Below, in pieces: positions 1-8,187 of a DNA stretch of 48,759 nucleotides (its first letter is position 1; every line of letters starts with the position of its first letter). The DNA comes from Puniceicoccales bacterium. GTDB taxonomy: Bacteria > Verrucomicrobiota > Verrucomicrobiia > Opitutales > JAIRKQ01. The DNA lies in the NCBI GenBank assembly GCA_031268375.1, contig JAIRXJ010000028.1, positions 1 through 48,759 on the forward strand, given 5' to 3'. The notes beneath the pieces were generated by a model. The model saw only the letters and a list, made by a program, of their open reading frames with translations. It was not told where the DNA came from and searched no databases. The position numbers and the translations under genes were made by a program.

Positions 1-116
1 GATAAATCAATAAATCCAAAGGGATTTGGCAATGCATCGACATTAGGCGAATCTCCAGGATCACCTTGAGCCGAGAAGGCAAAACTAAACACGGCCCCCA
101 GGGCCAATAATTTCAT
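1..116 (-). CDS. 5' end of an exported protein gene running off the left edge (partial)
   Basis: Reverse-strand ATG at 116 opens MKLLALGAVFSFAFSAQGDPGDSPNVDALPNPFGFIDL..., a signal-peptide-like N-terminus. The frame stays open to position 1. It is too short to appear in the ORF track. Confidence 0.35.
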   Translation of the reverse strand, partial: MKLLALGAVFSFAFSAQGDPGDSPNVDALPNPFGFIDL

Positions 117-243
117 ATACTTTTTATAAATCATGGCTTATTCTTCGCATAAATATTTTGCCATGTCAATGATAATTTTGTGGTTAAAATTCTAATATTT
201 TCACCAAAATAACCTAAGTATATCAGCGCCAATTAGTTATAAA

Positions 244-1161
244 TTATTGGCGATTTGGAAAAAATAATGAATTGATATATTCGTCCACGGAAAATCGTTG
301 AATATCCTCTGGCGCTTCTCCTACTCCAACAAAATATATTGGCAATCCAAGCTCTCGATATATCCCTACCACCGCACCGGCCTTGGCCGTACCATCTAAT
401 TTGGTTACAATAATTCCGGTCAGGCCAAACTCTTCATGAAATTTTTTCGCCGATACCAGAGAATTTATTCCAAGACTGGCATCCACAACCAGCCAACAAT
501 GATGCGGCGCCGCGGTATTTTTCTTACCCAAAACTCGTTTAATTTTGCTAAGTTCAGCCATCAACGAATCCTTGTTGTGCAGCCGGCCAGCCGTATCAAG
601 AATAACCACATCTTTCCCTCGGGCCATTGCCGCCTCATAGGTATCAAAGGCCACCGATGCGGAATCTGCACCATGTTGACTACCAACAAGATCAAAGCCC
701 AATCTCTTAGACCATTCTTTTATTTGCTCGTTAGCAGCAGCTCTAAAAGTATCACAGGCCCCAACAATTACACCATGGCCTTCCTTGGAAAATTTATTTG
801 CCAATTTTGCTGCTGTAGTAGTTTTACCAGAACCATTTACACCAACTAAGCATACCACAGTTGGATTGGCTGAGAAGTCGATATCCACATCCGCGCCGAT
901 CAGGATTTTTTTTAAAACCGAAGAAGCTATGTCCAAAGCAGATTTACCTTTAAGCTGCTTGTCGATCCTGTAGGCATCTTTTATTTTAGCTAAAATTTCC
1001 CTGGTGGTATCCACTCCAAAGTCAGCACTGTACATGGCCTCTTCCAATGCCTCTATCGTATCCTGGTCCAAGCTCTTCGAAAATATTCCATCGATTACTG
1101 AAAACAGCCTCGATGAAGTTTCCTTCACCTTATTCCGAAACTTCTTGAACAATCCAAACAC
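244..1161 (-). CDS. ftsY: Signal recognition particle receptor FtsY (NG domain only)
   Basis: SRP GTPase motifs GVNGSGKTTTAAKLA, DTAGRLH, TKLDGTAKAG. The track ORF extends to 1320, but the first ~53 residues are not FtsY-like and overlap the divergent gmhB. An in-frame GTG at 1161 gives the family-typical start (M)FGLFKKFRNKVKET. The start is uncertain. Confidence 0.88.
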   Translation of the reverse strand: MFGLFKKFRNKVKETSSRLFSVIDGIFSKSLDQDTIEALEEAMYSADFGVDTTREILAKIKDAYRIDKQLKGKSALDIASSVLKKILIGADVDIDFSANPTVVCLVGVNGSGKTTTAAKLANKFSKEGHGVIVGACDTFRAAANEQIKEWSKRLGFDLVGSQHGADSASVAFDTYEAAMARGKDVVILDTAGRLHNKDSLMAELSKIKRVLGKKNTAAPHHCWLVVDASLGINSLVSAKKFHEEFGLTGIIVTKLDGTAKAGAVVGIYRELGLPIYFVGVGEAPEDIQRFSVDEYINSLFFPNRQ

Positions 1162-1197
1162 ACCTGGATAGTATCCATAACCACATTGCTGGGCAAG

Positions 1198-1749
1198 ATG
1201 AAAAAATTTAAAAATTCTAGTATCTTCCTTGATCGAGATGGTACTCTCAATGTAGACCATGGCTATGTCTGCAATCCAGAAAAAATTCAACTTCTGGATG
1301 GAATAATACCGGCAATTCAATTGCTAAAAAATGCCAAATATAAATTATTTTTATTCACCAATCAAAGCGGAGTTTCCCTAGGAAAATACACCAAAGCTGA
1401 CGTGGATGCCTGTAACAATAGACTCGTCGATCTGATAGGAATTCAGGATTGTTTCACAGAAATCTGTATCGCCACCGAACCACCAAGCCAGGAAAAGTCC
1501 TACAATTACAGAAAGCCTTCGCCACGGTTTATTTTAGAGATGATAAAAAAATATAATTTAGATCCAAAAAAAAGTTACATGGTGGGTGATAAAGATACCG
1601 ATGCATTGGCTGGGATCCGGGCCGGAATCAATGCCATCTATCTAGCCACCGGTGCCCCCCCCACAGAATTCATGGTAAATATTATAAATTCTGGCCAGGC
1701 CATCGGGTTCCCAAGCCTTCTGACATTTGCCCAGTATCTAACAGCCTAA
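1198..1749 (+). CDS. gmhB: D,D-heptose 1,7-bisphosphate phosphatase-like HAD-IIIA phosphatase
   Basis: IFLDRDGTLNVDHGYV is nearly identical to the GmhB N-terminal signature. HAD motifs FTNQSG, RKPSP and GDKDTD are present. The track start at 1186 is TTG; ATG at 1198 gives MKKFKNSSIFLDRDGT. Confidence 0.8.
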   Translation: MKKFKNSSIFLDRDGTLNVDHGYVCNPEKIQLLDGIIPAIQLLKNAKYKLFLFTNQSGVSLGKYTKADVDACNNRLVDLIGIQDCFTEICIATEPPSQEKSYNYRKPSPRFILEMIKKYNLDPKKSYMVGDKDTDALAGIRAGINAIYLATGAPPTEFMVNIINSGQAIGFPSLLTFAQYLTA

Positions 1750-1774
1750 TCCAGTGGCAATCAATGACACATGG

Positions 1775-2806
1775 CTATAGAAAGTCTATCAAATATTTGA
1801 ACAGTTTGTCCTTGCCTTCATTCAATAAAACTATAGGTTCATAGCCCAGATCTCTTCTGGCGGCTTCGTGGGAAAAATAATGATTTTTGCTCAATGCAAT
1901 GGCCAAGGCCCGGGTCATCGGAGGATCTCTACGAAAGGTGCTTAACCCATATATCTTTTCATACCAATAGCCAAGAATATAGGCATTCCATAGGGGAATA
2001 TGCGATGTAACTCTTTTTATACCAATGAATTCAAGCGCATCGTTTATAAAATCCCATAGGCGGATGGGGGATTCCTGGCCGATGAAATAGGCTTTACCAC
2101 AGGCAACATCACTCTTCTCGATGGCTTTAAATGCAAGAAAGTGAGCCCAGGCAGCATTTTCCACAAGGGTAACATCGACCATATTTTGCCCATCGCCGAT
2201 GATTTTCAATTTTCCCTCATTGGCCGTCGCTATGATCTTCGGCATAAAATGCGGATCGCCGGGCCCAAGAATCATATGAGGGCGAACAACCACGGTACGG
2301 AGGGCATCGCCATTGGCAGCCAATACATACTGCTCTCCCAAGGCCTTACTCCTAGCATAGCACCAATGGTATTTATTGCCATAGGGAAGGTTTTCATTTT
2401 CACCGGAAAATGCCTTACCATCGAAAACAACGCTAGGGGAACTGGTATAGACCAGGTACTTGATGCCATATTTTAAACAGGCATTTACCACATTTTCAGT
2501 CCCCACCACATTTGTATTAAAATACTCCTTAAAGTTGCAGCCAAGACCAGCTTTACCGGCAGTATGAAAAACCACATCTATGTCCCCACGCATAGCTATA
2601 TCAACCTCTTCTTCATAGGATATATCGCAGCGCAAGCACTCAACACCGCGTTCCTGAAGCACATACTGCTCACGCCTTGCCAACGAGCACACTTCCATTC
2701 CATGTTCCTGCAGAAGAGAAACCAAATGAAAACCTAGAAAACCACTTCCTCCTGTGACAAGAGCCTTCACAAAACCGGATCCTGAGGCAAAATAATCGAA
2801 AGTCAA
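1775..2806 (-). CDS. 3-beta-hydroxysteroid dehydrogenase/NAD-dependent epimerase family SDR
   Basis: Rossmann motif VTGGSGFLG, catalytic YARSK (YxxxK), and VYTSSPSVVF plus VRPHMILGPGD typical of the 3beta-HSD/extended SDR family. The track start is TTG; a GTG at 2770 would give (M)KALVTGGSG. Confidence 0.75.
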   Translation of the reverse strand: MTFDYFASGSGFVKALVTGGSGFLGFHLVSLLQEHGMEVCSLARREQYVLQERGVECLRCDISYEEEVDIAMRGDIDVVFHTAGKAGLGCNFKEYFNTNVVGTENVVNACLKYGIKYLVYTSSPSVVFDGKAFSGENENLPYGNKYHWCYARSKALGEQYVLAANGDALRTVVVRPHMILGPGDPHFMPKIIATANEGKLKIIGDGQNMVDVTLVENAAWAHFLAFKAIEKSDVACGKAYFIGQESPIRLWDFINDALEFIGIKRVTSHIPLWNAYILGYWYEKIYGLSTFRRDPPMTRALAIALSKNHYFSHEAARRDLGYEPIVLLNEGKDKLFKYLIDFL

Positions 2807-2882
2807 TCACAGGAATTAGCTGATCATAGCATAAAATCGACAATATAATTGACAATAATAGATAAAAATCACCAAATCAATT

Positions 2883-3845
2883 ATGCTTATTCCCAGACAA
2901 CAGGAATTCACTATTTCAGACAATGTTGAAAAGTTTTCATTTGCCGGGCTTATAGCATTGATCATTATTTTAGTCACATCAATGTTGCTCACAGCCATCC
3001 TGGCACCAGTTGTATTTAATATAGTACTATTTTTTGAAAAAACATATTCAACAAAAATTGGAATATATCTGATAAATAAAGGACTGTGTTCTTTTTTTGA
3101 TCGACTCCGTTGGATTCCTGTCGTCATCGGCTTTGTGGTTTTAACAAAAAAGTTCAAATTTACTAAAAATATTTTCATTGGAAAATTTCGACTGAATCCA
3201 ATCTTTTTTGGATTTTTAATTGGCACAGCCTTGATAGCTCTAGGGGCGCTTCCGCATTATTTCCTACCACCATCCTATAGAACAATTTCGCCAACAGAAA
3301 ATCTTTTAACAACCCTATCATTCTTCCTTTTGATGAGTTTCAAGGTGGCTTTCATCGAAGAAATAATTTTCAGAAATATTTTGCTGAAAATATTCTACAC
3401 AGCATTTCGACCATTGCTGGCCATCAGCCTGTCCTCAATGTTTTTTGCATTCGTGCATTTTAAAGGAAACATATCAATCAATGGCAATGAGTATGTAACG
3501 CTGAAAGATGGATTTTTATGTGCCTATTCCTATGGAACATCCTGGGTTACGCGATTTTGTGCCATAGAATTTTTGAATCTTACACTCCTAGGCATACTGC
3601 TGAGCCTTGTCACATTGAAAAAAAGGTCCATATGCATGGCCATCGGCATTCACTGGGGCCTGGTTTTCCTATTACTTACATATAAAAAATTCGTTCACAT
3701 ATTCAATTCAAATCAATCATTTACATTCTTTGGTTCAGCCAAGATCATAGATTCACCATTTGCGTTTCTATTACTGGCAATAATTTCCTACTATTATTAC
3801 AAGACGAAAACCAAATCCATAGCTATAATTGATCATCCATCCTGA
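2883..3845 (+). CDS. CPBP (CAAX/Abi) family intramembrane metalloprotease
   Basis: Polytopic membrane protein with the EEIIFRNIL (EExxxR) and FAFVHF (FxxxH) motifs of the CPBP family. Confidence 0.75.
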   Translation: MLIPRQQEFTISDNVEKFSFAGLIALIIILVTSMLLTAILAPVVFNIVLFFEKTYSTKIGIYLINKGLCSFFDRLRWIPVVIGFVVLTKKFKFTKNIFIGKFRLNPIFFGFLIGTALIALGALPHYFLPPSYRTISPTENLLTTLSFFLLMSFKVAFIEEIIFRNILLKIFYTAFRPLLAISLSSMFFAFVHFKGNISINGNEYVTLKDGFLCAYSYGTSWVTRFCAIEFLNLTLLGILLSLVTLKKRSICMAIGIHWGLVFLLLTYKKFVHIFNSNQSFTFFGSAKIIDSPFAFLLLAIISYYYYKTKTKSIAIIDHPS

Positions 3846-3895
3846 GCATTTTACTTGCGGATGGCAATCAAAGTCATTTTATCTCAGTGGTAACA

Positions 3896-4804
3896 ATGGA
3901 AAATGTAGTGATCATAGGCAGTGGTTGTGCAGGCCTTACCGCGGCCATATACTGTGCCCGAGCCGACTTGCATCCTGTTGTAATAGAAGGATCTCAGCCC
4001 GGTGGCCAATTAACCACAACATCGCTGATAGAAAATTTTCCAGGATTTCCAGATGGCATAGGTGGTTTTGAATTGGTCAATAATATGAAACAACAGGCCG
4101 AAAAATTTGGTACAAAATTCCTATCCGAAGAGGTAATTTTTATTGATTTTTCTCTAAAAACTAAAAAGTTGACCACCGCCACAGGTACCATGGAAGCTAA
4201 GGCAATCATTGTTGCCACCGGAGCCGCACCGAGATTTCTCAACATTCCCGGCGAGAAAAATTTCTGCAATGGAAAAGGATTAAGTACCTGCGCCACCTGC
4301 GATGGAGCTTTTTTTAAAAATAAAATCGTTGCTGTCATCGGCGGAGGAGATTCTGCCTGTGAGGAAGCGCTATTTTTAACCCATTTCTGCCAAAAAGTAT
4401 ACATAGTCCATCGACGAGACCAACTTCGGGCTTCGAAGATAATGTCAGAGAAAGTGATGACTAATAACAAGATAGAAATTTTGTGGAATTCTGTGCCGGT
4501 GGAGATGTTGGGCAATGAAAAATTATCTGGCCTAAAGTTAGTCACTAGTGGTCAAAAAAATATTCTTAATTGTGATGGCGTGTTTCTGGCTATAGGACAC
4601 ACTCCAAACACTAAAATATTTGCCCACTGGCTTGACCAAAGCGAAGAAGGTTACATCCTCACCTCATATTCCCAGACAAATATCTCGGGAGTTTTTGCCG
4701 CCGGCGACTGTGCCGATCCAAAATTTAGACAGGCTGTAACCGCAGCAGGTCTGGGATGCTCGGCAGCAATGGAAGCTGAACGTTATATAGTATCAAAATG
4801 CTAG
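3896..4804 (+). CDS. trxB: Thioredoxin-disulfide reductase
   Basis: FAD site IIGSGCAGLTAA, redox CATCDG, NADPH site GGGDSACEEA. ATG at 3896 is preferred over GTG at 3887. The stop overlaps the ruvB start (ATGCTAG). Confidence 0.92.
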   Translation: MENVVIIGSGCAGLTAAIYCARADLHPVVIEGSQPGGQLTTTSLIENFPGFPDGIGGFELVNNMKQQAEKFGTKFLSEEVIFIDFSLKTKKLTTATGTMEAKAIIVATGAAPRFLNIPGEKNFCNGKGLSTCATCDGAFFKNKIVAVIGGGDSACEEALFLTHFCQKVYIVHRRDQLRASKIMSEKVMTNNKIEILWNSVPVEMLGNEKLSGLKLVTSGQKNILNCDGVFLAIGHTPNTKIFAHWLDQSEEGYILTSYSQTNISGVFAAGDCADPKFRQAVTAAGLGCSAAMEAERYIVSKC

Positions 4805-5790
4805 ACAACCGAGAAAAAAATCAACAGATTCAGCCGGAACCCGAAGGCTATGCCATGGCATCACTGCGTCCAAAATTTTTTAATGAATTCACCGGCCAGC
4901 AGAAAACCCTCGATCGGTTATTGATCATGACCAATGCTGCCAAAAACCGTGGCGAACCACTTAACCATCTTCTATTCAATGGGCCACCCGGCCTTGGGAA
5001 AACCACCCTGGCACTGATCCTCGGCAACGAAATGGACAGCGCTGTGAAAATAACCTCAGGCCCGGTGATAGAAAAAGCCAGCGATCTCGCCGGTCTGCTC
5101 ACCAGTCTGAATCGGAACGACATCCTTTTCATTGACGAAATTCACCGACTTCCCAAAACCGTCGAAGAATATCTATACCCTGCCATGGAAGACTTTAGGA
5201 TCGATATCATGATCGACCAAGGGCCAAATGCCCGGAGCATACGGCTGGACATACCAAAATTTACATTGGTCGGGGCCACAACCAGAACCGGCTTGCTGAG
5301 CTCTCCACTCCGAAGCAGGTTCACTTTACAAACCAGACTGGATTATTATAATCTGAAGGATTTGACCCAAATAGTCCTACGAAGTGCAGCATTGCTATCC
5401 ATGGATATAGAACCATCCGCCGCCATAGAAATAGCCAAACGCTCCCGAGGTACCCCGAGAATTGCCAACAGCCTCCTGTCCTTTGCCCGGGATTACACCA
5501 GAAGCGCACTAGATATGCTGGAAATAGATGAGCATGGCCTGGATGAAATGGACAAAAAAATTCTGTCCTGCATAGCAATTAATTATCACGGAGGTCCGGT
5601 GGGTGTGAACACACTGGCCATTGCCGTCGGTGAAGAAACCCATACCATAGAAGAAGTCTATGAGCCATACCTAATCCAGGAAGGCTATATAAAGAGAACA
5701 TCCCAGGGCCAGGTGATAGAAAATAAGGCATTGACAGCCATCGGACTGCCAATCAATAGAAATCTCCAAGGAGAATTCATAATCAATTAG
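4798..5790 (+). CDS. ruvB: Holliday junction branch migration helicase RuvB
   Basis: GPPGLGKTTLA Walker A, ILFIDEIHRL Walker B, GATTRTGLLSSPLRSRF, GGPVGVNTLAIAVGEE..IEEVYEPYLIQEGY. Confidence 0.95.
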   Translation: MLDNREKNQQIQPEPEGYAMASLRPKFFNEFTGQQKTLDRLLIMTNAAKNRGEPLNHLLFNGPPGLGKTTLALILGNEMDSAVKITSGPVIEKASDLAGLLTSLNRNDILFIDEIHRLPKTVEEYLYPAMEDFRIDIMIDQGPNARSIRLDIPKFTLVGATTRTGLLSSPLRSRFTLQTRLDYYNLKDLTQIVLRSAALLSMDIEPSAAIEIAKRSRGTPRIANSLLSFARDYTRSALDMLEIDEHGLDEMDKKILSCIAINYHGGPVGVNTLAIAVGEETHTIEEVYEPYLIQEGYIKRTSQGQVIENKALTAIGLPINRNLQGEFIIN

Positions 5791-5865
5791 TCAATTTATC
5801 TTGACAGTAGGCGAAAATTTGAGACAAATACAGCGGTCCACCGTCGGATACTATCAAGTTTTACA

Positions 5866-6114
5866 ATGACAAAAGAAGAGATAAAGGACATCGTCAAAAG
5901 CATAATTGCCGAAATAGCACCTGACGAAGATGTTAGTAATATTCAGAATGACGTTCCATTGCGAGATCAATTGGATTTGGATTCGATGGATTTCCTGGAC
6001 ATAGTAATGGAATTGCGAAAAAAGCATAACATAGAAGTCCCGGAAACCGACTACAAACAGCTCGAATCCCTGGACAGTTGCGCTGACTATCTGATCGGTA
6101 AATTCAATGGCTAG
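5866..6114 (+). CDS. Acyl carrier protein / phosphopantetheine-binding carrier protein
   Basis: 82 aa, acidic, with DLDSMDFLDIVMEL around the predicted phosphopantetheine Ser. It is not next to fab genes. Confidence 0.7.
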   Translation: MTKEEIKDIVKSIIAEIAPDEDVSNIQNDVPLRDQLDLDSMDFLDIVMELRKKHNIEVPETDYKQLESLDSCADYLIGKFNG

Positions 6115-7517
6115 GTCCCCATCGAGCCAAGATTAATCTTGGAAATTTTTATTTCTCTCCATTTATTCGTCCTGTATCTATGGTATAAAAAACCTATCCT
6201 CAGGAATAAACTTATGATCATTCCATACCAACCAATGACAGCGCTACACTCCAAGTTTGTATGCGCCATCAGGATATATATGGGAAAAAATTCCAGCAAC
6301 CAATAAGATAATACGTTTACAATCATTGTATATTTTGTGTCACCCGAGGCGGTCAACATGGCCTGGATCGTTGTCCATAGACCGTCAAGTAAAAATGCTA
6401 ACCAAGCCCAAACCAACATCGATCTGGCCAATGGACCAACGGCTTCTGCTATACAATCTCCCTTGAATAATTTTATCAAAATATCCGGCTGAAATACCAT
6501 AAATAAAGAAGTTATGATGGCCAAAATAATCGAAGTTTTACAGGCAGAATTAATACATCGCCGGACGGCATCGTAGTTTAAACAGCCTATGGCATTGGAA
6601 CAAATCGTTCGCACTCCAGCCCCAATACCTTCAATGGCAAAGAAAAAAGCAACATAAAGCGAATGGGTTATGCCAAAGGCGGAAAAATCATCTCTGGATA
6701 CATGTATCTTAATTAGCTGTACCAATATGGACCAGCCGAAACAGTTGATGAAACAATTGATCGACGATGGAAACCCAACCACAATACAATCCTTCATTAA
6801 TTGCCAGTGAAATTTTATATCATCGACTCGGTATTTTTCAAAATATTTTTTTTGAAAAAACAAAGCAAATAATATAACAAGTCCAACGCTCTGGGATAAA
6901 CCGGTGGCAATCGCCGCTCCAGTTATCCCAAATTCCGGAAACCCAGGAATAATTTTATAACCAAAGATGAACAATATATCCAGCAATATATTCAGTAAAT
7001 TTACCACCATCGCCACCACCGGCACCACCTTCGTAACGCCCCTTCCGATAAAAAACGATGCCATCGCCCCAAAGGAAGCATAGTTTATTGGTAAAAATAA
7101 TATTAATGTACGTAAATATGGCACACCCAGAGGCCTATCACTCTCGATCAACAAATGGGGGACCAGCCAAATGGCCACCGGAATAAAAATTAACCAAGTT
7201 AGAAAGGAAAACCAAATCATCTGCCATACCACAGGCCCGATTAGTTTAAATTTCCCAGCACCATTGAACTGGCCAACAAAAACCTCGGCAATAAGAACTA
7301 TATTCATGGCCGTAAACATAAACAGCCAGTACCATTGCATCACACTAAAACAGACATTAAAGGCCTCCTGTGAATAGTGAGACAGCACAATCCTGTCACC
7401 CAAAACCATCAGACAGCCCGAAGCAGAGGCTACCATCATTGGCCAAGAAATAGATAACAACTCACGAGCACTACCAGGCCTATACTTGGATAGCGAATTA
7501 GGGATATCAGAAATCAT
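6111..7517 (-). CDS. MATE family efflux transporter
   Basis: About 12 hydrophobic segments. The N-terminal LLSISWPMM...VGQFNGAGK is typical of MATE/NorM. It is a paralog of 20862..22223. Its stop overlaps the convergent carrier-protein stop (CTAG at 6111..6114). Confidence 0.85.
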   Translation of the reverse strand: MISDIPNSLSKYRPGSARELLSISWPMMVASASGCLMVLGDRIVLSHYSQEAFNVCFSVMQWYWLFMFTAMNIVLIAEVFVGQFNGAGKFKLIGPVVWQMIWFSFLTWLIFIPVAIWLVPHLLIESDRPLGVPYLRTLILFLPINYASFGAMASFFIGRGVTKVVPVVAMVVNLLNILLDILFIFGYKIIPGFPEFGITGAAIATGLSQSVGLVILFALFFQKKYFEKYRVDDIKFHWQLMKDCIVVGFPSSINCFINCFGWSILVQLIKIHVSRDDFSAFGITHSLYVAFFFAIEGIGAGVRTICSNAIGCLNYDAVRRCINSACKTSIILAIITSLFMVFQPDILIKLFKGDCIAEAVGPLARSMLVWAWLAFLLDGLWTTIQAMLTASGDTKYTMIVNVLSYWLLEFFPIYILMAHTNLECSAVIGWYGMIISLFLRIGFLYHRYRTNKWREIKISKINLGSMGT

Positions 7518-7566
7518 AAAAAATAAACGAAAACAACAGCACCAAAAAGGTGAAGACGCGATAAAA

Positions 7567-7642
<76 letters not shown>

Positions 7643-7769
7643 TCTCTAGGTACTATCGTAAGGCGGCTGAAGGTATTTCTACTTCAAAAATCTTTGCCGA
7701 TATTCTCCTAACTAAACTCTCTTGTTCTAAGAAGGCAAGAAAGTTTTATGTACATTTTGTCGGGTTAAA

Positions 7770-8110
7770 GGTAATATGATTTTATCCGCTGTGGAAACTA
7801 TGAAAGGCATAAAATGGAAGGCCAAGAAGAGAATGTAGCCATTTAACTTGGAAAAGGTATTTATTTCTTTCCCTTTCCTTTATTCCCCCATTAGGCTTTT
7901 GCTAATTATCTCCATTCGCTCATCCCTCTGAAATTTCCTTCGCGACTTTGGAAAAGGGCTTTATCCCCCAAGAGCTTCTTCTTTTATCAGTTCCGTCTCT
8001 TGGCTTCGGACTTTCTTCTCCTTTTTCTATTCGTCATCCTCTTTTTATGAGGCTTGACTCTGTCCGCAACTATTGCAAGCCTGTGCTTGTATCAACGTAT
8101 CATAATTTTG
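7770..8110 (-). ncRNA. rnpB: Candidate RNase P RNA (boundaries approximate)
   Basis: The minus strand of a ~540-bp ORF-free gap carries GAAGAAAGTCCGAAGCC (8018..8002), with an exact GAAAGUCCG of the RNase P P4/CR-I core. Collinear purine-rich blocks follow that resemble other conserved regions: AAAGTCGCGAAGGAAA, GGGGGAATAAAGGAAAGGG, CCAAGTTAAATGG, TTTCCACAGCGGATAAAATC. A possible P1 is ATTATGAT (8106..8099) with ATCATATT (7780..7773). The canonical P4 3' strand GGCUUA and the bulged-U geometry could not be confirmed by eye. Confidence 0.33.
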
Positions 8111-8187
8111 GTACCGCAAGAATTGTTTGATATATTTGTCTTTAAATTTTTAAGAAATTCTGTTCACTGCTAGGCAGGTTATATAAA

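Noticed and set aside
1161-1320. 135-nt head-to-head overlap between the ftsY and gmhB ORFs as given in the track
   Set aside because: It is an artefact of maximal ORF extension and a TTG start. Family-typical starts (GTG 1161 for ftsY, ATG 1198 for gmhB) remove the overlap.
3994-4545. 183-aa ORF antisense to trxB
   Set aside because: trxB motifs (FAD, CATCDG, NADPH) are unambiguous on the + strand.
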